Shown one piece after another: positions 23,703 to 36,929 of a DNA stretch of 58,726 bases. This DNA is from Macrostomum lignano. Its lineage: Eukaryota. Every line of letters begins with the position of its first letter. Within the stretch, counting starts at the first letter, position 1. The translations under genes were made by a program, and so were the position numbers. Below the pieces are notes generated by a model. It saw only the letters and a list, made by a program, of their open reading frames with translations. It had not been told where the DNA came from and ran no database searches. Where the stretch lies: the NCBI GenBank assembly GCA_002269645.1, contig NIVC01001328.1, positions 45,294-104,019 on the forward strand, in the 5' to 3' direction.

Positions 23703-25643
23703 AAAATAGAGTATAGGCTGAAGCATATGGCTAGCAACGCAAGAGATAGGGTACGTACGTAAGCAATTCAATTAATGAGGAAGTATTGTATCGTCTTATT
23801 CATTAATACAGGTGTATGTGGTAGTTGGGTACCACCGATTGATTATTGGCTCATATGGTTACTTAATAACATTACAGTTTCTGGACAATAAAATTATGCG
23901 TACCCTATTCTGGTCCCCGTTAGTCCACTCCCTGGCGCAAGTCATGACGTATTTTTGCCCCTTTCTGTTCCCCCTTGCCCCATTTTCTGGCGTTATTTGA
24001 CCAAATTGTGTTTTCCTTTTGTTTTACTATGTATTTCTGCGGTAATTTTGTTGATTCCCCTTTCTGGCCTTTTGAGTTTTCGCCCTTCCCCAGTTTCTGG
24101 GCCTCGCCAGCCTTTTTGTGACCTGTTTCCTGGGTATTTATTCCCGCCCCTTGCGCCTGTCCTCCCTTCATGCTCTTGCTCCCTCCCCCTTTTCTCCTAC
24201 TCTGACGTCCCTTAACTTAATAACGTTTAGTTAACGTAGTCTATTACTTGCAGGAAAGAAAACCTAACTTAGTTTTATTTAAGTAAGCCCGCACTGCGGC
24301 ACCCCTGATTCATCTTTCGTCGGTGGTCTCTTATTTTACGCGCGTGAGGCCTAGTTTAATATTTTAGTTTTTCTTTTATACTAACTCGATAATCAATAAA
24401 CTCGCAATAATCTACTGCAATCCGTTTCTTCGATTAAAGCCATAGTTAACTTAAGTCATTTGCCCGTGGGGCGTAAAATAACCCAGTCTCACCTCGAAGC
24501 AAGCTCCGAGACTTTTCAACGTTCCGTAATACGCAAATTACTGTGGTGGCAGCGCTACTCTACTGTTAGTAACACGATAAGAATACGAGACACATTCAAT
24601 TTACGGTGTCTGAGGACCCGCCATCTGAACGCTCGCGCCAAACAAAGGCCGCTCGCCTACGACCAAAACTACCCTCCCCCCCGGGATTGAGGACCCCGGC
24701 AGACGGAGTATCTACGAGTTGTTTTCATCGAGATCCGTTCACGCAAACTTTCCGGATTTAATTCGTACGAAATAACGACGGCGCCCAATCGAAGGCCCGA
24801 GCCGCTCAAATTCGACATTAGATCAAGTGAACACCGGACAATCCCGACCACCCCCAAGTCTAAATCGCCCCCACCTCATGTACATAATATGTATATTCTA
24901 AGAAGTATGGCGGAGAGAAGGCACTTAAACTAAGTAATACAAAAAAGTATTGCATTTTTATAGTTAAACCCCTCATTGCGTTAAAGTTCATTTAAAATAG
25001 TGACAATTATCCTATATACTAAAAATGGTCTGTCTGTGTCTATCTATCTATCTATCTATCTATCTATGTGATCGATTAGAGAAAAAATGGCTGGACCGAT
25101 TTTGTTCAAACTTGCACTGTTCGATCAGAAATTTTCCCGTGACTGTACATGCATCGCGGCTAAGAAATTGCTCGATGCTAAAGGCATTAAATATTCGAAA
25201 AACATGCTTTTTTGCAAAGGTCAAGCAAACTTTTCGACTTGAAATGCATTGTAAGAATGCTAGAGAAAAAACTGACTGGTTGAATTCTGGTTCTGAAATA
25301 GATTGCATCATCACTGAATTGTAACTCCGACTTGAATTGAAAATGCAGTGTGGAAGCGTAGCACCAGACTTGATTTAAATTGCGTAACCATATTGTTAAC
25401 TGATACTGACTGACTGAGAAACTGATTATGTCATAACTGCTTTGTGTGATTTACTCTATGCTTGGATTTTAAACTGTTGAATTATATAAGTGCAAAATTT
25501 GATGTTATCAAAACGATGAGAGCTAGCCTAGAGGTGAACAGACTGAACTGCTAAATGCAGCGACGATGGTTCGAATTTTCATAGAGTATAATTTTTTTAA
25601 TTAAAGCTTTTCAACGTCAGGAAAACTAAAAGACTTTTTAAAA

Positions 25644-26935
25644 AGAAGCGTCATGTAATGAATCATAGAAGCGTCATGTAAAAAATCATAGGAGCGTCAT
25701 GTAAACAATCATAGAAGCGTCATGTAAAAAATCGTAGAAGCGTCATTTAAAAATCATAGAAGCATCATTTAAAAATCATAGAAGCGTCATGTAAACGATC
25801 ATAAAAGAATCATGTAAAAAATCATAGGAGCGTCATGTAAACAATCATAGAAGCATCATATAAAAATCATAGATGCGTCATTTAAAAAATCATAGAAGCA
25901 TCATGTAAACAATCATAGAAGCGTCATTTTAAAAAATCATAGAAGCGTCATATAAAAATCATAGAAGCGTCATATAAAAATCATAGATGCGTCATGTAAA
26001 CAATCATAGAAGCGTCATGTAAAAAATCATAGAAGCGTCATATAAAAATCATAGATGCATCATTTAAAAAAATCATAGAAGCGTCATATAAAAAATCATA
26101 GAAGCGTCATGTAAAAATCATAGAAGCGTCATGTAAAAAATCATAGAAGCGTCATGTAAAAAATCATAGAAGAGTCATGTAAACAATCATAGAAGCGTCA
26201 TGTAAGCAATCATAGAAGCGTCATGTAAACAATCATAGAAGCGTCATGTAAACAATCATAGAAGCGTCATGTAAGCAATCATAAAAGCATCATGTAAACA
26301 ATCATAGAAGCGTCATGTAAACAATCACAGAAGCGTCATGAAAAAATCATAGAAGCGTCATGTAAACAATCATAGAAGCGTCATGTAAACAATCATAGAA
26401 GCATCATGTAAAAAAATCATAGTAGCGTCATGTAAACAATCATAGAAGCGTCATGTAAAGAATCATAGAAGCGTCATGTAAAAAAATCATAGATGCGTCA
26501 TTTAAAAAATCATAGAAGCATCATGTAAACAATCATAGAAGCGTCATTTAAAAAAATCATAGAAGCGTCATATAAAAATCATAGATGCGTCATTTAAAAA
26601 ATCATAGAAGCGTCATGTGAAAATCATAAAAGCGTCACGTAAAAAATCATAGAAGCGTCATGTAAACAATCATAGAAGCGTCATGTAAACAATCATAGAA
26701 GCGTCATGTAAACAATCATAGAAGCGTCATGTAAAAAATCATAGAAGCGTCATGTAAACAATCATAGAAGCGTCATGTAAACAATCATAGAAGCGTCATT
26801 TAAAAAATCATAGAAGCGTCATGTAAACAATCATAGAAGCGTCATGTAAAAAATCATAGAAGCGTCATGTAAAAAATCATAGAAGCGTCATGTAAAAATC
26901 GTAGAAGCGTCATTTAAAAATCATAGAAAATCATA
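25644..26935. repeat. Helitron minisatellite A (~21-22 nt, AATCATAGAAGCGTCATGTAAA), array 1
   Basis: Direct tandem array; counterpart at ~45028-46320 in unit 2. Confidence 0.95.
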
Positions 26936-28053
26936 AAAATCAAAAATTAAATGCAGCTATAATGCTGTGCTGGGGAGAAAAACTGAGACGTAAAGGCTCT
27001 CAGAGAATAACTGCTGAGATTACGGGGGGGGGGGGTTTCTGAGATGTCAAAGCAAAAGTCAGAAGCTACTTCAAAGTTCATGTACTTTACTCAATTTTTT
27101 TATTGCATTCTTTGTTGGCTCGCCACGGGAGGCGCTTATAGAAGAAGAGTCATGTAAAAAATAAAAGTAGCACTACGAGCGTATGTACGAGCTATACATA
27201 AAAGAAAAGTCATGTTCAAGTTAAAAGATTCATTTGGGAATTGCTACGATGTCAAAGCTTGGTGGAAATCGTTATAGTGCTGTGATTCTTAAAGAAGGAA
27301 TCACTAAAATGTCAAGGCTTAGGGGAGAAGAATTGCTGAGATTTCAAGGCTTTAGGTTGGGTTAAAGTTAGGTTTAGGTCAGGTGTGGGTTGAGGGTTAT
27401 ATTTTATCGGGTTTCAAGGTTAACAGAATAACAGGGGATTTTTTAGATTTCAAGGTTTATGGAGGCCATCGCTGACATGTTAAGGCTTACGGGGGGAATA
27501 GCTGAGATGTCAAGGCTCACGGGGTATAAATGAGATTTCAAGGCTAAAGTCAGAAGCTACATGTAGTTTATTGAAAACTTTTTATTACATTATTTGATGC
27601 CTCCTCAGGGGAGGGATCGCTGATAAAAAAAGCGTAATGTAAAAAATAAAAGAAGCTTCATGTCGAAGTTAAGAGATTCATTTGGGAATCCCTACGATGT
27701 CGAGGCTTGCAGGAAATCGCTATAATGCTGTAGTAGTGCTATAGTGACTCTTAGAGAGAATTACTGAAATTTCAATGTTAGGTTAGGGTTAGGGTTAGGC
27801 TAGGGTTAGAAGGTTGACAGATATTTTTAGATTTCCAAGGCTTATTGGGGGCATTGCTGAGATGTCAAGGGGGGAAGTTGATATGTCAAAGCTTGTGGGG
27901 GGGGAATTACTGACATGTCAAGGCTTACAAGGTTTGACAGGAGATTTTTTAAGATTTCAAGGATACATGTAGCTTATTAAAAAAACGTGTATTGCATTTA
28001 TTTGGCTCCCCAATCAAAGTACAAAATACTTTTATTTTTTACATGACAATCAA

Positions 28054-28905
28054 AGAAGCGTCATGTAAACAATCATAGAAGCGTCATGTAAACAATCATA
28101 GAAGCGTCATGTAAAAATCATAAAAGCGTCATGTAAAAAATCATAGAAGCGTCATGTTAACAATCATAGAAGCGTCATGTAAACAATCATAGAAGCGTCA
28201 TATAAAAATCATAGATGCGTCATTTCAACAATCATAGAAGCGTCATATAAAAATCGTAGAAGCGTCATATAAAAATCATAGAAGCGTCATTTAAAAAAGT
28301 CATAGGAGCGTCATGTAAAAATCGTAGAAGCGTCATGCAAAAAATCATAGAAGCGTCATGTAAACAATCATAGAAGCGTCATGTGAAAAATCGTAGAAGA
28401 GTCATTTTAAAATCATGGAAGCGTCATTTAAAAAAATCATAGAAGCGTCATGTAAACAATCATAGAAGCGTCATGTAAAAATCATAGAAGCGTCATGTAA
28501 AAATCATAGAAGCGTCATCTAAAAAATCATAGAAGCGTCATCTAAAAATCATAGAAGCGTCATCTAAAAAATCATAGAAGCGTCATCTAAAAAATCATGG
28601 AAGCTTCATTTAAAAAATCATAGAAGCGTCATCTAAAAAATCATAGAAGCGTCATCTAAAAAATCATAGAAGCGTCATCTAAAAAATCATGGAAGCTTCA
28701 TTTAAAAAATCATAGAAGCGTCATCTAAAAAATCATAGAAGCGTCATCTAAAAAATCATAGAAGCGTCATCTAAAAAATCATGGAAGCTTCATTTAAAAA
28801 ATCATAGAAGCGTCATGTAAAAATCATAGAAGCGTCATGTAAAAAATCATAGAAGCGTCATGTAAAAATCATAGAAGCGTCATGAAAAAAATCATATAAG
28901 AGTCA
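28054..28905. repeat. Helitron minisatellite A, array 2
   Basis: Same unit as array 1; counterpart at ~47440-48292. Confidence 0.95.
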
Positions 28906-29305
28906 ATTTATATTGCGTAACCATATTGTTAACTTTTATAGACACTGGTACTGACTTGCCTAAGAAATTGATTATGTCAACTGCTTCGTGTGACTTTTAC
29001 TCTACATGACTCGGTGTGAGTGTTGAATATAAGTGCTAGAAATTCATTATAACTTCGATGAGAGCTAGCCTAGAGCTGAAATTTCCGTCTGTGATCGCCA
29101 CTTTTGAGAGTGCAGGTAAGGTTTCTCAATTTTGCGAGTGACGCAACAGCATACGCCACGCGGCAGACTTGGGTAGAATGAAGTGGGGGGGGGGTGGTGT
29201 TTGAGGGTTGGACGGATTAAAGATACCCCTCAGTTTTCTCCTAACTTTCATTTCAGAATAGTCACTGGCGCATAGAGTGGCGACTTTTCAATGCTTGTAC
29301 ATCGC

Positions 29306-29415
29306 ATTGGTTAAACGATTCTTGACTTTGACCAATTTATTAGCAGTTTTGTAGAAATAACTTTAGCTTTAATGGGCTTGGCCAATTAGCAGCGGGTGCT
29401 GGAGTATATATGAAC
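29306..29415 (+). promoter_or_regulatory. Candidate RepHel promoter (CCAAT boxes + TATA-like)
   Basis: ATTGG at 29306, CCAAT at 29332 and 29382, and TATATATGAA at ~29406, ~220 nt before the ATG at 29632. Motif presence only. Confidence 0.35.
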
Positions 29416-29631
29416 ACTGAACAATGTACAGCTTTTGGGGTGGGTGGTGCGCTGAGTTAAAAGGTATTGGTAGTCTTCTTATCTTTGTCTATATTCACAC
29501 AACCTCTCGCGCTATCTTTACTTTTCTTTCCCATTCCTATATTATTTTTCAACTCTTTCCTATTTTATTCCTTAATTTTCATTCTGACTCCTAACTTCAA
29601 TTTAATTCCTATTTCAAATCGAAACTCTAAA

Positions 29632-32600
29632 ATGGCTCGACGTGGCACCAGCGCTTTAAAAAAGAGCAGAGACGCCAAGAAGAAGCGTCAGCAAGAGACC
29701 GCTGTTCAACGAGAAGAGCGCCTGGCTGCACTCCGGCAGCAGGAGACTGAGCGTAGGGCCAGGGAGACCGACACTCAGCGCGAAGAGCGCCTGGCTGCAC
29801 TCCGGCAGCAGGAGACTGAGCGTAGGGCCAGGGAGACCGACACTCAGCGCGAAGAGCGCCTGGCTGCACTCCGGCAGCAGGAGACTGAGCGTAGGGCCAG
29901 GGAGACCGACACTCAGCGCGAAGAGCGCTTGGCTGCACTCCGGCAGCAGGAGACTGAGCTTAGGGCCAGGGAGACCGACACTCAGCGCGAAGAGCGCCTG
30001 GCTGCACTCCGGCAGCAGGAGACTGAGCGTAGGGCCAGGGAGACCGACACTCAGCGCGAAGAGCGCCTGGCTGCACTCCGGCAGCAGGAGACTGAGCGTA
30101 GGGCCAGGGAGACCGACACTCAGCGCGAAGAGCGCCTGGCTGCACTCCGGCAGCAGGAGACTGAGCGTAGGGCCAGGGAGACCGACACTCAGCGCGAAGA
30201 GCGCCTGGCTGCACTCCGGCAGCAGGAGACTGAGCGTAGGGCCAGGGAGACCGACGCTCTGCGCGAAGAGCGCCTGGCTGCAGATCGGCGGCGCACAATT
30301 GAGCGCAGGGCCACAGAAACTGAGGCTCAGCGAAGAGCTCGAATGGAAGCCGACCAAATTCGCCGTCGAGGAGTTTCAGTTGACAGGTGAGAGGACCATT
30401 TTAATTTAATTTGAAAAATTATTGAATTATTATAGAGATATGAGTTTTTAAAAGAGGGTGTATTTTTAAGAAACGTTTCTAGGAATCAGAATTGGATAAA
30501 AAGAGTTTCTAGGAATCTGCATTTAAAAAAACATTTCTAAGAATCTGTATTTTTAAGAAAGTGTTTTCTAAGAATCTGTATTTGTAGGAATGTGTATTTT
30601 TAAGAAACGTTTTTAAGAATCTGTTACTCTAGGAATGTTTCTAACAGTCTGTATTTGTAAGAAAGGGTTTCTGTTTCTAAGAATTCTGTACTCTATTTCT
30701 AGGAATCTGTAGTTGTGACTATTAAGTTTCTAAGTACCCGTATTTTTAGGAATGTTTATAAGAATCTACATTTGCAACAAACTTTTCTAAGAATCTTAAT
30801 TTGTAAAATGACTGTCTAAGAATCTGTATTTTCGAGAATTAGTTTCTAAGAAACAGTATTTGTGAATCATATTTTAAGAATTTGTACTGAAGATAATGAG
30901 TTTCTAAGAATATGTATTTTTAAGAATGAGTCAAAGTTTTTATGTCTTAACTGTTAATGAGTTTTTCAGAGTCAGAAGTATAATTTCAATCTTTCAGGTT
31001 TGGCAGCGGTGAGTTGGCCACACGAGCTGTGGTCCCATTCAATACGCTAACTGTTGTTCGGATCCCGGGTGATGGAAATTGCTTTTTTCATGCAGTATGT
31101 GACCAGTTGCAGGGCACTCCGCTTGAGACCAATGCAGCGTCTTTAAGGCATGAACTGACATGCCGTGCAGTGCAGGTAATGCCAGAACTGATTGACGAAG
31201 GTTTTATTTTACCGGAAAATGCTGATTCCATTATTAACGACTCTTTTTCTGAGGGCACCTATGTTCCTGATGAAGTCGTGCCACTTTTAAGCCGTTTTTT
31301 CAATGTTGACCTGGTTATTTATCAGGCAAATGGCAGTGTATTGCAGTACTGCATGTCCACTGTGCAGCCACCCACTGCAATTGTGCGCATCCTTTTACGT
31401 CATGAGCACTATGAGTCGTTGCGCGTGACTGATCCACTGCCAGTTTCCGAGCCCGTTGCAGATACAGAGGCGCCGAGTTTAACGGAGCAGGGGGCAGATC
31501 TTTCTGGGTCAGGTCATTTTGGTGCAGGTCATTCTGATGCAGGATCTGCTCAAAATAGGTAGGCTTTTTTGTGCTACTGGTCACAGTAATTTTTTATATT
31601 GCACTACATAATACACTTTACATTTCATAAATATCGGCAGTCTATATTATAGTTACCATTTGTGCACGCATATAATTCGATCACAGGCCTGACAGAATAC
31701 CGAGGCCAGAGGCCACGGCCCATGAGTGCGGCCCAATGGACAGGGCATGCCAGGAATGCGGTGCTCTACTCTGGCGCGCAGAGACCAGGAATTTCTGCTG
31801 CGCCAAAGGCAAGGTGAAGCTGCCCAGCCGCACCGTGCCTCAAGTGCTGGCGGATCTGTACATGGGGCGGCACAGATTGAGTGCCGCGTTCCTGGCCAAC
31901 ATCAGGAGCTACAACTCGGCGCTGCACCTGACATCGCTGGGTGCCAAACTGCGGTTGGTGCCAGGCTGGTGTCCTAGCTTCATCATCAGCGGCCAGATGC
32001 ATCACCGCACGGCGCCGCTGTTTGCAGAGGATTCTGCTGAAGCTCAGGGATGGCAGGTGTATTTCAATGATCGCGAACTCGAAAGCCGCCAGAGTCTCAG
32101 CCAAAAGGTGAAGCCGGAACTACTGGAGCTGCTGCAGACGCTGCTTCACGAGTGCAACGGCTATGTCCGCAGCCTGAAGGCTGCTGCTGAGCGAATTAGC
32201 CAAGACCCAGAGCTGGGAGATGCGCGAATTGTGATTCACCCTGACCGTCGACCATCTGGGGAACACATTCGGTAAGTTAGCGTGTTTGTTATAACGAAAT
32301 TTAAAAATGTAAACGAAAGCGAAATCAAAATGAGATTATGAATTTTGATTGTAACTCGAACTCGCAAAAATGCGTAATAAGTACGTGATTCAATTTGTAC
32401 AGAATTTGTGTCCCACAAACTCCGTTTAAAATCAGGCGCTACAACTTGCCTACGGCAAATGAGGTCGGTATCCTGATCGTTGAGGACAATGAGGACGCAC
32501 CGGCCAGTCGGGACGTCGTGATTCAACTGCGTGGGGGCGGTTCTCAGCGAATCAGTGAGACGCACCGCTCATATGACCCGCTGGAGTATGTGCTGCTGTT

Positions 32601-35600
32601 CCCGAATGGCGAAGATGGCTGGCACCCGGAGTTGCGGATGAGTAATGACAAGAAACTGACCCCCATGAAATACTATGCAAGCGAAATCATGGTGCGAGCG
32701 GGCCAGTTCAGTGTGCTGCACTATGGCCGAAGGTTGTTTCAGCAGTACCTGGTGGACATGTGTGCAAAGATTGAGGCAGAGAGGCTGCTGTATTTGCGGA
32801 CCCATCAGCAGGACCTGCGCAGCGAGACGTACAGCGGTCTGCGGGACGCTCTGTTTGCAGCTGATGGCAGATCTACGGACAGAGATCCGAGTGACATAGG
32901 CAAGCCCGCACATGTGCTTCTGTCCTCAAGCTTCGTTGGCGGGCCAAGGTACCTGATGGAGAGGCTGCAGGACGCTATGACCTATGTTCACAAGTTTGGT
33001 AAGCCGGACCTGTTTGTCACGGCAACATGCAATCCGAATTGGCCGGAGATCAGCGCCCAGCTGCTGCCTGGACAGCGGGCTGAACACCGACCGGACATTG
33101 TTAGCCGAGTCTTTGAAATGAAGAAGAAAGCTCTGCTGGCCCAGCTAACGAAGCGCTATGGGAAAGAGGCTGCGCACGTCTGCTCGCTAGAGTACCAAAA
33201 GCGTGGTGAGTACAAGTCTCAGTATTATGTTTTATGAAATTTATATAGTTATATCGTTATAAAGATACTAAATACAGGTGGGTTTGTGTGATGCAAATTC
33301 GATACAGATCGGATAATTGGACTGAAAGATGTCTTGATACTTTTCTTGATAATTTAGGTCTCCCCCATGTGCACTTTCTGCTGTGGCTAGCGAGTGGCCA
33401 GCGGGTGACTCCGGACCGATACGATGACATCGTGTCTGCCGAGATTCCGGACCCACAGCAGCAGCCTGTGCTGTATGAGCTGGTGAAAACGCACATGATC
33501 CATGGCCCTTGTGGCAAGGACAATCCAGCGTGCCCGTGCATGGAGAATGGCGAATGCAGCAAGGGCTTTCCGAAGGAGTTCCAGCAGGTGACGCTGACCA
33601 GCGATACTGGCTACCCACTGTACCGCAGACTGTCGCCTGAGATGGGTGGATTTACAGTGGACAAACTGTTCAAAGGCCGCAGCATTCGCATGGACAACAG
33701 GCGAGTCATGAGTATTAGGTGCCTCTTGTATTTTATGTTGGAAACGTTTGACAATGTTTTTTTCCTTAAACCACAGGTGGGTTGTGCCTTATAGCCCTGA
33801 ACTGTTGCTCCAGTTTGCGTGCCACATGAACGTTGAAGTTTGTGCCACTGTGAAGTCGGTCAAGTACGTGATCAAGTACTTGCTGAAGGGCGGCGACATG
33901 GCAACGTTCAAAGTCAATGCCAATCAGAATTCTGCTGAAGCGACAGAACAGAGTGCGGGTAGTCAGCAGCCGACGCAAACGGTAGCGGCAAACGATGGAG
34001 AGAGGCCGCGTGATGAAATCAAGGAGTATCTGTCTGCGCGCTACATTGGCCCAATGGAAGCTGTGAATACAATTTTGGGCTTTGAAGTAATAAATATTTT
34101 AAATTTTAAGAGTAAATATTGCAAAACTGTGGCTTTTTGTATTCAGAAAAAACTTAAAAGCGATTATTTCTCTCCCACCTTCTGATCAGGTGCATGACAG
34201 ATTTCCGGCGGTCATCCGGCTCTGCGTTCACAAGTCGGAGGAGCAGCTCGTGTATTTCAACGAGCAGACCGCAAGTGCTAGAGCCAGGACGCCGAGGGAC
34301 TCTACGTTGACAGCATTTTTCAAGCTGTGCCGTACTGACGAGTTTGCTCGGTCCTTGCTCTACACGGAGGTGCCGTCCTACTTCGTGTGGCATGCCAGTG
34401 AAAGAGTGTGGCGGCGGGCCAAGCGAGGCGCGAAAGTCGATGGCCACCCGGGTGTAGTGCGGAACACAAACGTTGCACGCATGTACACGGTGAGCCCAAG
34501 AACTGGTGATTTATTTTATGTTCGCATGCTTCTTTTGCGAGTCAAGGGACCAACCAGCTTCGAGGCGCTGCAGACCGTGGACGGCGTTGTGCATCCGAGC
34601 GCCAAGGCTGCTTGCATGGCACTTGGTCTGCTGCAGCGAGATGACCACTGGCGGCGGTGCCTAGCTGAGGCCGTTCAGTCAAGAATGCCAAGAGCCCTGA
34701 GACACATTCTGGCTGTCATTCTCATATGGGGCGAGCCTGAGGATGGCAACGACCTTTGGTGCTCTTTTGCCGAAGATATGTGCGAGGACCTGCGGTTCCA
34801 CCATCGAGATTTAAGTGCCGAGGAGATTACTGACCTAGCGCTCCGCGAGCTGCAGAGCATGCTGACCTCCATGGGTGGGAGAAGCCTGCCAGAGTACGGC
34901 TTGCCTGCGGCCTCCGTGATGCCTCAAGATGGACCGATGCAGTTCGATACGATTGAGCAAGCGCAGATTACTGAGGCACGCTTACCAATGCTGACAGACG
35001 AGCAGAAAGACGTGTACGAGTCAGTGACTCAGGATCTTGTGAGCGGCAACGGCGGCTTGCACTTCCTGGACGCGCCCGCTGGTACTGGCAAGACTTTCCT
35101 GCTGGAGGTTTTGCTGGCCTTCGTGCGCAGCCGGGGTGAAGTCGCTCTCGCCGTTGCGGCTTCAGGAATCGCAGCGACTCTGTTGCCAGGTGGACAAACT
35201 GCGCATTCCACGTGAGTTGTTTATATTTAATTTGTAAATTATTAGTAACTTACGAATAATTAAACAAGTAAATATGTGAATACTTCCTCTGCTGTATGAT
35301 ACCCAAATTTTTCCATGTCAGGTTCAAGATACCAATTCGGGTATTACGCTCAAACAAGGACGTGTGCGCTGTTGGAGTGCAGTCCAAACAAGCTGCTGTA
35401 TTTCGCACAGCGCGTCTAATTGTGTGGGACGAGATTTCTATGACAAACCGGAAGGATTTGGAGGCGGTCGACCGGTGCTTGCGAGATGTGCGGAAGCAGG
35501 ACTCGCCATTTGGCGGACTGGTGTTTGTGTGCGCTGGTGACTTCCGGCAGCTCCTACCCGTTGTGGTGCATGGGACTCGTGCTAACAGTGTCATGGCGTG

Positions 35601-36642
35601 TGTTAGCCGATCCTCACTGTGGAAATACTTCCAACGGCATCGCCTGACGAGAAACATCCGGATGCTGAGCAGTTCCGATTCTGTAGCGTATCAGATGTAC
35701 ACCGAGCTACTCAAGCAGGTAAGTCTGATTTCATCAGTTTATTAAATGATTGACAATGATACACTAGACGCGGATTTGTTTTTGAGCTCAATTTTTTTAA
35801 GTTTGCGTCATTTAGGAATGTCTATGCTTAAAAGTGTGTATAGGTTATGAAATATTCGACATTTTAACCCTCCACAGATCGGATCCGGAACAATGAAGCA
35901 GGATGCGGAGGAGAAAGTGTCTCTGCCAGCCGAGATCGTGATTTCTGCGGAAGGGCCTCTCACTGATCTAATCAATTTTGTGTACCCATCGTTTGAAGAA
36001 CCAGTGGAGAGAGACAGCTACTTTGCAAGCCGAGCGATCCTGGCGCCTTACAATGACTCAGTGGATGCCATCAATGAGACGTGTCTGGGCATGTTCCCCG
36101 GAAGCCTGCGGGAGTACCGCTCGATAGACACTGTGGCCGATGAGGATGCCGCTACGCACTTCCCGCCTGAGTTGCTCAACCAGCTGGATGCCCCGAACTT
36201 TCCGATTCACTTGCTGAGGCTAAAGGAGGGTATGCCAGTAGTTCTTCTCAGGAACATCAACCCGCCACGATTGTGCAATGGTACGCGGCTCATCATACTC
36301 GCGATGGGCGAGAACGTGCTTAGATGCAAGATTGCCGCCGGCCAGTTCACGGGAGACGAGATTCTTCTGCCGCGAATCCCGCTGATTCCAAGCAATGCGG
36401 ACCTCCCCGTCAGTTTCAAGCGGCTGCAGTTCCCTGTGAAGCCGAGCTTCTGCCTGACGATCCACAAGTCGCAGGGACAGTCTCTGGACACAGTTGGCGT
36501 GGACCTCGCTGTCGGTTGCTTCACTCATGGCCAGCTGTATACGGCTCTGTCGCGAGCGAGGAACGCTGCTAATGTCCGTGTCCGTACTTCTGGAACTAAG
36601 ACGAGGAACGTGGTGTACCCAGAGGTGCTGACTGGAGACTAA
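29632..36642 (+). CDS. Helitron RepHel polyprotein: E/R repeat + OTU protease + HUH Rep + PIF1-family helicase, ~1835 aa, 9 exons, intact
   Basis: Model join(29632..30386,30998..31558,31687..32271,32436..33205,33358..33700,33777..34086,34190..35211,35322..35718,35878..36642) = 5508 nt, open. OTU motifs: GDGNCFF...HEHY. Zn motif: CQEC...CC. Rep motifs: DLFVTATCNPNW, QKRGLPHVHFL, YVIKYLLK. Helicase motifs: APAGTGKT, WDEISM, GDFRQ, QGQSL, HGQLYTALSR. The junctions rebuild conserved motifs (HIRRYN, DNRWVVPY, TAHSTFKIP). Confidence 0.92.
29708..30330 (+). repeat. 69-nt coding repeat (QREERLAALRQQETERRARETDT x8 plus degenerate copies)
   Basis: Tandem unit in RepHel exon 1; alternating E/R charge is typical of a long charged helix. 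Confidence 0.9.
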
Positions 36643-36929
36643 GCAATTTCGGACGCTATTCGTGAGTTCAAGTCCAAGAGATGTGTTTGAGAAGTGTCTG
36701 GCGTCTGACTGTAGAGAATGAAATCAAAGTCGCGTGAAGTCTCAATGAACTGATAGCCCTGAGAGAGTACATTGAGTAAATCCTATTTACGAGGGATGTT
36801 TCATAAGTTCTTTCTTATACTCATCTATAACAGTTTTACACGAACATGATATACAGTCATTTAACAGACAAAACTACAGCCACTGATCATACAGTCACTA
36901 AACAGATAGTAGTACAGGTATAAACAGAC

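Noticed and set aside
24779-24795. GGCGCCCAA resembling a retroviral primer-binding site
   Set aside because: Match is short, with no LTR pair or gag/pol sequence nearby.
25025-25324. 99-aa ORF at the Helitron 5' end, and the 73-aa ORF repeated at 38520, 43133 and 57271
   Set aside because: No recognisable motifs; they recur only because the DNA is duplicated. The first reads through a TCTA microsatellite.
29627-30357. Antisense ORFs over the RepHel N-terminal repeat (and unit-2 copies)
   Set aside because: Shadows of the 69-nt coding repeat.
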